Shown: piece by piece, positions 1-10,800 of the stretch | Layout of the letters: the number at the start of each line of letters is the position of its first letter | How positions within the stretch are numbered: the first letter of the stretch is position 1 | From: an uncultured bacterium | GTDB lineage: Bacteria > Zixibacteria > MSB-5A5 > CAIYYT01 | DNA: 64,000 nucleotides | Assembly: GCA_963726455.1 (NCBI GenBank) | Contig: CAVSCK010000003.1 | Coordinates: forward strand, 160,001-224,000 | Reading direction: 5' to 3' | Notes under the pieces: generated by a model | Seen by the model: only the letters and a program-made list of their open reading frames with translations | The model's database searches: none | What the model was told of the DNA's origin: nothing | Made by a program: the position numbers and the translations under genes

Positions 1-579
1 GTTCGATTTGCGATAGTAGGATTTGCTGTCGTTCTTGAGACTGCGGTATTTCAGCCGGGCGTCAGTCGATTGCCAATTCCAGAAGTAGGTCTTGGTGTCC
101 GGGAAATATACCCTGTTGTGGTCATAAGCGCCGGCAACCTTGTTGTATTCCTCACGCGAATCATAGAATCCAAGGATATCGAAGAAGCGATCATCCTTGC
201 CCTGAACATCCGCGCCCGCCGCAGTTGCAGCATACAACCGATAATCGTCGCTGCGCCAGTTTCCCAGGTGTCGGAATGATATGAACGATGCCCAGAACCC
301 AACTTCCGACAGGAAAAACACTTTGGACTTCAGTCTGGCTCCGGAATAGTGTTCGCCTGCGCCGGGGAGCACAAATGACATCAGAAACGCCCGCCACGGC
401 TCCTTTAGATTGACTCGATTCTTTTCCTGAACTTCGGAAAAGCCGGGTGTCTTTTGTTTCTGCTGGTCAACTTGTCCAACTCCTACCGCAAACAACTGCG
501 ACTGCGGCAGTTTGATCTCGGATCGAGCGGTCGCGCCGGTGAACAACAGTAAGGTAAGGATCAGAAAGGTATTTTTCAT
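1..579 (-). CDS. DUF5683-like secreted/outer-membrane protein, 3' truncated by the window edge
   Basis: Manual translation from ATG at 579: MKNTFLILTLLLFTGATA...EPWRAFLMSFVLPGAGEHY, open to position 1. Same motif as the adjacent gene. Absent from the ORF track because no stop lies in the window. Confidence 0.75.
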   Translation of the reverse strand, partial: MKNTFLILTLLLFTGATARSEIKLPQSQLFAVGVGQVDQQKQKTPGFSEVQEKNRVNLKEPWRAFLMSFVLPGAGEHYSGARLKSKVFFLSEVGFWASFISFRHLGNWRSDDYRLYAATAAGADVQGKDDRFFDILGFYDSREEYNKVAGAYDHNRVYFPDTKTYFWNWQSTDARLKYRSLKNDSKSYYRKSN

Positions 580-583
580 ATCT

Positions 584-1456
584 TCAAAAAGTATAGGTGA
601 AAATGAGTTTTGGAATCTGGTGTCCTTCGTAGCGCACCATTTTCGCCCGAACCGTCATCTGCGAGAAAGTATCCTGCTTCTTATTATAGCGCTTGGCCGA
701 CAGCGCCGCATCAAATGCCGAAAGCAGGTGATTGGCGATTGCCACGATGGCGCCGGTCTTGGCTTTGGTGAAGAAGTTATTCGCGGTGGCGCGGTCATTC
801 AGGTATGATACCCGCGACGGGGAATTATCCTTGCCGGTCAGGTAATCAGTATCCTTCCAGCCGTAACGGAACTGGTCGTACTTCCCTATCATTTCATAGT
901 ACTGCTGGGTTTTGGTGGTCGGCAGATGGTGTGTGAATCGTGTCGCTTCGCCGTTAACCGAGATTTCAAAGGTGTCGGAGGTCACACCATAGGTTTCGAT
1001 CAGCCAGTCGGTATACTGTTGGGCCGACCAATTTTGGTCGGCGAAATTGTTATATGCCGTGGTCTTGCTTTGACCCTTATTGTGATTGACGAGCCACTCC
1101 GTCCAGGAAACGATCTCTATGCCCAGAAACAGTCCGGCCTTGATTTTGGAGTTATTGTAGAACTGCCCAGAGCCAGGGAGCACCACGGAATATAAGAAGG
1201 CCTTATTTGGCGATCGGTAGTTCGTATTGAGCAGGTCGGAACTGAGCGGGAAATCCTCGAAATCGGAAGCCGCAAAGTTGACGCCGGTATACTCCTGCAA
1301 CTGGCGATAGGTTTTGAGTTCATCCTTCTGCAGGAACTTGTCGATTTCGCCCGCCGGAACCGGCGGTGAAGCGGCCAGGATCTGCGCCGAGACCAAAAGA
1401 ACTGAAAATGCAATGAGCCAAGACCTCAACATGAATTTATCCTCCGAAAAAGACAT
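584..1456 (-). CDS. DUF5683-like secreted/outer-membrane protein
   Basis: Signal peptide; SPNKAFLYSVVLPGSGQFY motif; C-terminal Phe (IFTYTF) typical of outer-membrane proteins. Confidence 0.7.
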   Translation of the reverse strand: MSFSEDKFMLRSWLIAFSVLLVSAQILAASPPVPAGEIDKFLQKDELKTYRQLQEYTGVNFAASDFEDFPLSSDLLNTNYRSPNKAFLYSVVLPGSGQFYNNSKIKAGLFLGIEIVSWTEWLVNHNKGQSKTTAYNNFADQNWSAQQYTDWLIETYGVTSDTFEISVNGEATRFTHHLPTTKTQQYYEMIGKYDQFRYGWKDTDYLTGKDNSPSRVSYLNDRATANNFFTKAKTGAIVAIANHLLSAFDAALSAKRYNKKQDTFSQMTVRAKMVRYEGHQIPKLIFTYTF

Positions 1457-1459
1457 ATT

Positions 1460-4400
1460 TCACTTCACAACGGCGACCGTGCAACGTTTGCGATCGCCTG
1501 ACGATGTTTCGAGCTGGCAGAAATATACTCCCGATGCCAGCAAAGAACAATCAAAGGGGAGTTCGTTATCAGTGCCGGCGGCTGCGGCCAGATGCGTGTT
1601 GTATACCATGTCGCCGGCGACATTATAGAACTTGACCGTCACATCCCCTGACTCCCGAACCGTAAATCTTATCGTCGTCTTGTCCGATGCCGGATTGGGA
1701 TAATTGTATATGTATCCAATGGCATCAGCAAGTTGCGTGGGATCAGGTAAGGGTTTTACGTAAGAGCCAAAATTGCGCGGACTGCCGTAAGAATTGTTCC
1801 AGTCTACCTTGGCGGGTGATTGCACGGCCAGAGCGTTGATCGACCCCTCTCGTGATAGCGCAAACAGCGCGGCAGTGGAACCACGGCGTACCAGCACGAT
1901 CGGTGACGCGAGCGAGCCGCCCACGGATATTGGATAATCCGCAAGGCGATCACCCAGCAAGTTGAAACCGGCCACTTCACCGTTTGCCGTGCCGACGAAG
2001 ACTTCCATCTTGCCATCGCCGTCAATGTCAGCCAATACAGGCGCCGTAGTCACCGGACCAGTAGGTATCATCGGGTTAACCGTAATCGGGAAATTGCTGA
2101 CCGGCGTGCCGTTTTGGTTGTAAGCGAAAATGCGATTACTTCCGCAGAAAAGAATTTCGATCGAGCCATCACCGTCGATGTCACCAAGTGCGATCTCTGA
2201 GGTAATTGTCTCGCCAACCTGCGTGGTAGATGTCTTACCGGCGTAATTGATGAGCAATCTTCCATCCGCATAGACTTCAGCAGTCTCGTAGACGCCATTG
2301 CGATCGAAATCAGCGGCGGCGGCACCGACTATTGCATGCGCGGAATCGGTCGCAACCAGGCCTCCGCCTGGGGCAACAAACTCGAAATGATGCAGTGAAT
2401 CGGTCATAACTCGGAACGGAATCGCATTTTGCTCTTTGAGTATCCGGTTGCCGCTCTTGTCGAAGACAAGTTTCTGGCCGTCAGAGGTGTAGACCAGAGT
2501 TTCCAGACCGTCAACTGCGTTATCGTAATCGAGAATGATCGGCGCAATGGCTGCTTCGCCGTCAATTGGCTGATTGAACAACGTAATCGCCTCGCCCTCG
2601 AAGTTGGTTGACGCTGTTGTAAAGCAGACCAGACTGCCGGCGGATGTTACACCCAGTATCTCGGCGAAACCGTCGCCGTTGATATCAGCGACCGCCAGAC
2701 CATGCAGGAACCGCTGCCGCGAATCTATCTTGCCGAGCACAGCCAGTGTATCATAGACGTTTCCCGAACCGTAGAGTACTTCCCGCTGGACGACTATCAA
2801 ACTGTCGGGATTGGCACTGAATAGTGGCGAGCCGTCGAACTTATAGGCGAGCAGAAAGGGTCCCGACGAAGTGAGAATCTCGTCACTGCCGTCGCCGTTG
2901 ATGTCAGCCGCAACCAGAGGCAAAGAATTCGCGAAAATCTGATTCGGCCAACCCGGCAGGCGTCCGTCGATATGAACGCTGCAAGTCATGATCAACAGGG
3001 ATGCCGAGATATTTCCGATCGTAATCCCCGTGTAGGCATTGTTGTTGGCAATCGTAGGCGGATTGGTGTTTGGTCCGAATGTCGGACTGTTGTTGATATC
3101 GAACATGTCCGCTTGTTCACCGTAACCAGAGTAGTAGTATCCGCCGAAATCCACGATGCCGTTAGCTTCCTCAAGCGTCAGGAAACGGTGATGATTGTCC
3201 CATTTGACGGGATCAGACGCGAAATTCCAGACTTGTAATCTGTTGTCGTGGAAATTGTCGATGCCGTTGCCGTCGTAGTCTAGACGCGCAACTAATTCAT
3301 CGATATGCCAGATCAGCATTCCCGAACCGGGGATCAAGTAATCGTATTCGCGATTGCATTGCGGTTTGTCACGATCAGTATTGCGGGGCCACATAAAGAC
3401 GTTGGTAAGGCTGTCAACCTGAAGCCCCGTGATTTCCTGATTATCAATATCAGTACGCCGATTTTCGATCAAGTAATACTCATCCGGATTGATCGGAACC
3501 ATGAGAACCTGGTTGTAATTCGAGTCAAGTTCCGCAGCGACCACTTTGATCTTGTTCGCCGAAGTGACTTCCACAATGTCGACAAACCCAAGATAGGCGC
3601 GCGACCAGGCGTCGGGATAAACCGGCATGACACCTGACACCAGCACCGGTATGGTATCGCCAAAGTTGATGTTCACTCCGAAGCCGTTGTAATCCATCAG
3701 CGAAAAATCACCGACCTGGGTCATAGCGGTGCGGGTGTCATACAGATCGACCAGACCAAGTTGATGGCCGAATTCGTGCCCCATCACCGCATTGAGAGCG
3801 GTAACCCTGTTATCCTGTGAGGCAGTTTCCGGCATGATGACGGCGTCGCTGACCATGACTCTCCCGTCTTCCAGCGAAAACGCTCCGCCACCCAGCTTGA
3901 CATAGCCGGTATACAGATCGGAGCGGAGTATCCGGCCCCGCGAATGCAAAGTTGTTTTGCTGATCGGAGCCGGCATGGAAAATTATATAAGCGTCGTAGC
4001 GGTCCTGCCCGGCTATCGAATCGTATAGCGACAGTTCAGGATCAATATCCGCCGTATGCATGGCATCGTAAACCAACCGCGTCAGACCGACTACCGGTTC
4101 CACCGCGCCGTAGTGCGCCATCGACGAATCAAGCTGATAAGCCGAATCGACATTTCGCGGATATACATCGTACTCAATTTTCAGCCGGCCATTGGAAACC
4201 ACATCATAATAGGTCGACAGCGCTTTCAAATGTTTCTCGAAGTAGCTGCGATTATGCGGAGCCGGATCGATAAGATATCCTTGCTGCGCATAGAACTCAG
4301 CTTTGGTTCGCATATCGAAGTTGCCGTTGCCCGTCGTGAGCGGATCGTCCGGAACTTCCTTGCGGAAATTGACTCTGATCGCCAGCACGCGGATGACCTT

Positions 4401-4622
4401 GGGACTCATGGGCGACAGCGCATGCAGAGGCATGCGATACTTGCCGGAGTAGTCGAGCCCCAGCAGGTTCCGGTCAGACACCTGATCCGCCAGTCCGGGT
4501 TTTGGTTGCTGACTGCTCGGCTGCTTGGATTTCATTTCGAGCATACCGGCAACAGCGACCGAGCCAAACAGACAGGCGGCCACAAATAGGACTATTATGA
4601 CAGAACGAGACATCCTTTTCAC
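1460..4622 (-). CDS. M6 (immune inhibitor A-like) metalloprotease with FG-GAP repeats and T9SS C-terminal domain; split by a one-base insertion near 3924
   Basis: ORFs 3810-4622 and 1460-3976 join as ...IIFHAGSDQQNNFAFAGPDTP-SDLYTGY if one base is removed. HEFGHQLGLVDLYD zinc motif, DINGDG repeats, YNYPNP...SGVYF sorting domain. Confidence 0.85.
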
Positions 4623-4625
4623 CGC

Positions 4626-7600
4626 TTACATCTTTACCGTCAACGAAGTTCTCAACGTATTTGCCAACGGCAGATTGTTCGACGAAGGGATATATGCAAA
4701 ATCCAGCCGGTATCTTCCCTTGTACTGGAGTCCGACGCCCAACGTCGGGGTCTTAACCTGCCCTTCCTGATCATAGATATATCCGGCACGCAAGGCAAGT
4801 AGCGAACCGTACCAATATTCCAGGCCGACGTTTTCGATGGCCTGTTTCATTTCTTCAGAGAAACCATCTCCTAGCGACGTGAGCATCTTGTTGACTTCAC
4901 CGACTATGGTCAGCCGATTGTATGGCGAATCGAGCAGGCGGTATGCGAAACCAACCGCGAGGTTGCGCGGAAGAGCGTCCGACTGCGCAGCGTCGATATA
5001 GGACATGTTCGGACCCAGGTTGGTCACGACAACGCCGATCCGTAGCTTTCTGGTCATCGTATAGAGAATACCGCCCTCGGCCGCGAATGATGTGCCCTCG
5101 CCGCGGCCAACTTCCTGACCGGCGCCGACTACTGACAGACGGCTGTAAATCACCTTGGCCGACAAACCGACGGCCAGATTCCGCGAGGCACGGGTTCCAT
5201 ATGATAACGTGAACGCAACGTCGAACGGATTGATGGTTCCGGTCGGCTCCGATGACGTTTCTCCGGTGGTCACGATTGAACCGTAGGAAAGAAACGTGAT
5301 GTTGGCGCCCAGCGTACCCAGTGATCCGACTGGGTGTACATAACCAAGGAATTCGTAGTAGAGATCGGGGGCAAGATCAGGCAGCCAGTTGGCATGAGTG
5401 AAACTGAGCTCTTTCTTGCCGTGCGCAAATATCGTTACGCGATCGGCGGTCGCAAACCAGATTTCGCCTGCTTCACCGACGATGTCTTTGGTATTAGTCC
5501 GATTCAGGCCTTCGTGGTAATAACGTTCCCACCGTCCTCCGGAATATGAGAATGTTCCATACAACGAAGCGACGTACAACTTGCCACCCTGGTCATAGAG
5601 CGAGTTGATCGGGCTTCCGGCTGGATTGGCATATACATAGACAACGTTTCCGACCGGAAGAGGCCCTTCTTGAATGGTGTTCTTTCTCTTGATCAGACTT
5701 ACAAACGCAGCGACTCGGTCGGGATCTTCCACTTTGAGATACTCTCGGACCAATTGGTCAAGGGTCATTTCCTTTTCGACCTTGACAGCTTTGTAGCCGT
5801 AACTGTACCACGACTTGCCATCGAAGCGCTTGATGCCTAGATCGGTGCCGACCCACAGATTGTTGTCCCCGTCCATACTGAGCGCGGTAATGTTGCCCTC
5901 AAATTCAGGAAGAAAAGGCACGTCAATCACGACGCCGGCTTTGGGGCTGGTCGTAAACTCGGGATTGTCCATCCCGTACTTTGCCGCCTGCAATTTAACC
6001 TTGACCATGTCGATGTTCCCGTATGCCTTGCTGAACACTGACAAGCAAGTGTCGTTAACTGCAGAGGTAACTTTGAAAGAATTGGTCCAGGCAACGCCGT
6101 CGAAATAGAATAGATCTTTGTCCGAGGCCGCCCAGGCAAGTCTATCATTCTTGACCGCAATATTCTTGATCGGGAAAGAGGTGACGCCTTCGGCAGCGCC
6201 GAAACGTGCCCACTTTCCTTCTCTGAGGACATCGAGTCCCTTATCCGTGCCGACCCACAGTTGGCCGTGCTTCGGGGACTTGACACACCAGATGACGGCG
6301 CTTGAATCGGTGCCGGTGGCAAACTTCTCCCAGTTGCGTCCGTTGTAGCGGTAGAGACCATTATCCGTGGCTACAAACAGAGTCTTGCGATCGACGGCGA
6401 GATCGTTAATAGCTCCGCCGAAGACGGCTTTGAATGGGAACCTGATCTGTGCCGGCAACTGATCGGTGATGGATTTTTCCAAAGCAAACACCAGACGGTC
6501 GGTTTCGGCCTGGGTAAGTGCCGAATCAGCGAAGGCCTTGTCGAAAGTGCTCGTGAAGATATCCAGTTTTTCCTGGTTCAATTGACAGTTCGTCCAGGCA
6601 TCTTCGAGACGGCCAAGATTCTTGATCACTTCCTCGCGATTTTCGAAATCGGCCGGCAATGCGTTCTGAACCTTATCACGAATTTCGAGGAGACGTTCAC
6701 GCGAGATCGTGTTGTTGGCGCGGGCGACCATATCCAGCCGCGACTTGATGATATTTTCGTCTCCAGTGCCTAGCGCACGCGACACGATATCGCTGAGCTT
6801 GTCTCCCTTGCGCGGCATCACGATGTCGCCGTCCTGCCACTTGGTGCCGTCGAAACGCGCCAGACCAAAGTTGGTGATAGCCCAGATGTCGTAATGCGTG
6901 TAATTGTCGTTCGGGATGCTGTTTTCCATCACAGCGATCTTGTCGATATTTTGCTCCCACGGCACTTCCCATCCCTGCCACATAGTCAACAAAACCGCAT
7001 AGGGAACCAACATCTGCTGCGGACGCGCCGATGTTTCACAGGCAACAACCGCGCCGTCGATTTCCGTGAGCTCCTCCGCCGATACTGCGTTATCAGCGAT
7101 GGCAGCGGCGACTTTGTCTTTGACCGCGGGAAATGCAGCCGCATTGAACCGCAAATCCTGCCAGAAGATCACCATCTTCTCGAAAGTGGCGTTGATCTTC
7201 TCGCTTGCGGCAGCGTCCTTACCGGCAGCCGCCAGCAGTTCCAAACGCAGACCATTGATGTCGTCGAACGAAACACCGGTGTTTGCCAGACATATCTGAC
7301 GAACAGCCGATTTGAATCTTTCCTTGTCAACTGTGGAAGCGCGACGAGCGAGATTCGCCAGAATCGTGCGTGAAGTGTCAACGCCGATTTTTTCCGCCGG
7401 TACCCAGGTGCTATCGACAAAGCGGCTGATTTCATTGCCTCTGATTTGCCACGAAGCAAACTTCTCAAAATAAGTCGGAGCCAATTTGCCCCGGAAGGCC
7501 TGCTCTGCCAGATCGCGCAAATGCGTGTCGTCCGTCAGCTTGAACTGATACCAGTTGTGTGCCAACGGATACTCGCCCAGTCCGGCCGGATTCCAGTGCG

Positions 7601-7775
7601 TGGTTGACGCGTCGTCGGCTATTGCCACAAACGCTTCACCCATACCGGCACTGCGGGCATTGGGGGCGATGCGAAGGAATAGAACCGCGGCGTCACTTAC
7701 CGCGCACTCTGCTTCCGGCGCCAGAAATCCTGCCCACGAGCTGACGATCAGCAGAAGAACCAGGAATCGTCTCAT
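4626..7775 (-). CDS. porV: PorV/PorQ-family outer-membrane protein with a large internal insertion
   Basis: N-terminal FLRIAPNARSAGMGEAFVAIADDASTTHWNPAGL and C-terminal barrel (ELSFTHANWLPDL...LALRAGY...LANTLRTSL) match PorV; directly downstream of porU. Confidence 0.8.
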   Translation of the reverse strand: MRRFLVLLLIVSSWAGFLAPEAECAVSDAAVLFLRIAPNARSAGMGEAFVAIADDASTTHWNPAGLGEYPLAHNWYQFKLTDDTHLRDLAEQAFRGKLAPTYFEKFASWQIRGNEISRFVDSTWVPAEKIGVDTSRTILANLARRASTVDKERFKSAVRQICLANTGVSFDDINGLRLELLAAAGKDAAASEKINATFEKMVIFWQDLRFNAAAFPAVKDKVAAAIADNAVSAEELTEIDGAVVACETSARPQQMLVPYAVLLTMWQGWEVPWEQNIDKIAVMENSIPNDNYTHYDIWAITNFGLARFDGTKWQDGDIVMPRKGDKLSDIVSRALGTGDENIIKSRLDMVARANNTISRERLLEIRDKVQNALPADFENREEVIKNLGRLEDAWTNCQLNQEKLDIFTSTFDKAFADSALTQAETDRLVFALEKSITDQLPAQIRFPFKAVFGGAINDLAVDRKTLFVATDNGLYRYNGRNWEKFATGTDSSAVIWCVKSPKHGQLWVGTDKGLDVLREGKWARFGAAEGVTSFPIKNIAVKNDRLAWAASDKDLFYFDGVAWTNSFKVTSAVNDTCLSVFSKAYGNIDMVKVKLQAAKYGMDNPEFTTSPKAGVVIDVPFLPEFEGNITALSMDGDNNLWVGTDLGIKRFDGKSWYSYGYKAVKVEKEMTLDQLVREYLKVEDPDRVAAFVSLIKRKNTIQEGPLPVGNVVYVYANPAGSPINSLYDQGGKLYVASLYGTFSYSGGRWERYYHEGLNRTNTKDIVGEAGEIWFATADRVTIFAHGKKELSFTHANWLPDLAPDLYYEFLGYVHPVGSLGTLGANITFLSYGSIVTTGETSSEPTGTINPFDVAFTLSYGTRASRNLAVGLSAKVIYSRLSVVGAGQEVGRGEGTSFAAEGGILYTMTRKLRIGVVVTNLGPNMSYIDAAQSDALPRNLAVGFAYRLLDSPYNRLTIVGEVNKMLTSLGDGFSEEMKQAIENVGLEYWYGSLLALRAGYIYDQEGQVKTPTLGVGLQYKGRYRLDFAYIPSSNNLPLANTLRTSLTVKM

Positions 7776-7813
7776 TCTTAAGACTCCTTGTATTTGGGTA
7801 AAGACAAAATCAT

Positions 7814-10800
7814 CTACTTCATTACCACTAACTTGCTGGCTGACATAATCCTCTTGTTATCCTGACTATCGGCAGGTTTGGCCGATAGTTGGAAGATGTA
7901 AACGCCGTTGGCGATGATATCGCCGTCGGTATCGCGCAAGTCCCAATGAATCCCGTCGTGGTAACCCGAGGATTGTGGGAGATTGCTCAAAGACAAGATC
8001 TCCAGTCCGGAGACCGTGAAAACTTTCAACGTGACGTCAGAGGCGTCATCGGAGAGGATATAGGCAAATTGGCATTTATCGGCTACCGGATTCGGGTAGC
8101 AGAGCAACTGCGCGATTTCCAGGCCGCTGGCACTGCTTACTTTGAAGGCGATTTCTTTCTGGCTCGAATTATTGGCTGAATCCCACGCCTTGGCCCGCAG
8201 CCGATGCTCGCCCGGGTTCAGTTTCGGAAGCGTTATAACCGCTTTTCCCCGTTGGTAGCTGCCGGGGTTGTACACGAAGCTGTCGGTCAGTGCGTACGTC
8301 ATCTCCCGGCTGTCATCGATCACCAGCTCAATTCCATGACCGATATCACCACTGAGGTTTATTCCGAGAGAGTCGAACAAGTCCAGCGTTACTTTGGCAT
8401 CCTGTGAAATCTGGGCGTTGTCACTTTTCGCCGGATCGTCGGCAAAATAGACGGCAAGATCAGGTCCGGTAGTGTCGTTAACACTGGTGTTAATGCTACC
8501 GATCGCGATCGGAAACACGTAGCCGGCGGCGCCGCTGTTGGCCGAAACCGCATACCCGCTGATGCGTGCTCTAGTGCCGCCGTAGCTCACGTCCTTGGGC
8601 ACTACAAATTTGAGATTGAACACGCCGCTGGTCACGTCAACTTTACCGCGATATATCTCGGGACCATACTGCACATAACTTGAGTCAGTCGTAGCGGTGT
8701 ACTGAAAACGGCGAGTCCTTTCGTTGTCGAACACGCTTACCGTAGCGGTGCCGCTGAAGCCACTCTGTAGCGCGCCGTTCTTGTCCTCAACCTGTCCGGC
8801 CAATTCGGTCACTGTCAAAGCAACCAGCGAATCGGGCTGGAAGGTCACGAAGTTGATCTGGTCGGGAGCAACACCCAGTCGCGTCATCGGATCGCCGATG
8901 TAAATATATTTTCTATCGTTGTCGCGAGCATCCCAGCTTCCCTGTCGCAACAGTTTGGCAACATAGACGGCCTCGGCAATCGTGTAGTCTTTGCCGTTAA
9001 AGAGTTGGGCAAAGGCCGCCTGATTGAAAAGGAAATTGGGCCGCGAGAATACCAGTCTCGTCGCCGAAACGGTTCCGACCGCGCCACCCGACGGATATCG
9101 CAGCAGTTCCTCAGCCATACCTTCAGACAGCGGGTCGTCAAAAAAGCCGATCGAACAGGACGCGTTAAAGATGAGCGGCAGACGATCGGAGTTGTGCAGT
9201 TGCGGAATATCCTGTATACGTCGAAACATTCGCTCGTCCGCCCAGAGATTAGGATTGCCGTGGCCGATGTAATTCACCAGCAAGGTGCCGTTGTTAATCG
9301 AGCGTATGATCGCCTCGCGTGCCGCCGGTTTTTCGTTACCGACAAAGGGATAGTCGACGCCATAGACTTTGTTGAGATCGAATTTGGGTGGAATACTTCC
9401 CGAGGCCAACTGCTCCGAGTCGACCGTATGCTGAATCTCCGGGCCGGAGCCGGGATGATTGAGGTCGTCGGCAATCAGTGTGACCAGATTGCGCCACGAA
9501 CCATTATTGGCCGCCGCCTCGTAGTTCATCATCTTTTGAGCGACAACCTGAAACTCGCCGGCTGTTTTGACCGGCCAACGGGCGATCACCATATCGACTC
9601 CCCGATCGGTCGGATATGAATTATCGGCATCAAGTTCGTATGGTTCGCCGAAGTAGACAAAGTTTTCGTCGGAGATGGTCGAGTCATTGGGCACGATATA
9701 AGGCGGCACGTAATTGACTCCGCCTTTTCCCATGTCGTTGCGGAAATCATATACTCCGTCGCCAGCCAGCAGGCAGAACGATGGACGCGCGCCGCTCCAG
9801 TTTCCGTATGCGTAGCGCAGAAAATCGCGGATGGCGATCGGATCCATCATGCCGCCGGAAAATTGCGCGTAAACATCCGAAATGCGGACGACGCGGACTC
9901 TGATGCCATCATGATTGGCACGGTAATTCGCAAAGTCGACCGCCTGGCTGTAGAAGTTGTCATGTGCGATGATGATCAGGTCGGCGCCGTTGCTGGACGA
10001 CCGAATGTCATCGATCTGAGTTGCAACAATCGAGAATGGCTTTCTGATTGCGGCGTCGGTGGCCAATGCGAAAACTTTGCCTCCAGCGACAGTTGGAGTC
10101 GAGACAAACTCGACAAAGTCGCTTCCATATAACGGGGCAACCAACTTCTGATTCCCGATATCCGTCACATCCAACACAGCGGTTGTCAGTGAGCCACCAG
10201 CTATTTGATAATTATGAGAAACATCACTGGTATCGCCGAATAGTACCAGTTCACCGGTAGCCGGCAAAATCACCGGCCGCTCGTAATTGATCTCTATGTA
10301 ATCCGTCAATGTCCCATATGGAGAAGCGGTAAGCGTCAATCCGATTTGATTCAACGCCGAGTCAAACCGATCCGAGTGGAAATAGAAGAATGGTGTACGC
10401 GTCGAATCAGGTGTGAGGTCGGTACCGTTTAGGCGCACCGCCATTTGTCCGGAGTACCCCCGAACCCTGAAATTCTGCCAGGCGCCTTCAACTGGAGCGG
10501 GAAGATTAAGAAAAATATCCACCGTCGGATTGTCCGACCAGTACCAGTGGAAGTAATCCTCAATCACTCCTCCGTGGCTGGCGAGAACCTTTTCGTCTTC
10601 AAAGTGCAGAGGATCGACGAATGTCCGAACCGTATCGGTGGCAGCGGTTTCTGTGCCGTTGACCGTGGCCATGCGTCTGGGACTCCAGCCAAATGATCCG
10701 CCGTACGTCAAATAGAACACGTTGCGGTCGCCATAGGGATTCAGACGATAGGTCAGTGCATCAGACCAATCCCAGAAATCCGGGCCGTTGGCGTAGAAGA

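Noticed and set aside
3900-3980. Programmed frameshift in the M6 protease (and in dxr, marR)
   Set aside because: No slippery heptamer; similar single-base indels are scattered through conserved genes, which fits assembly error.
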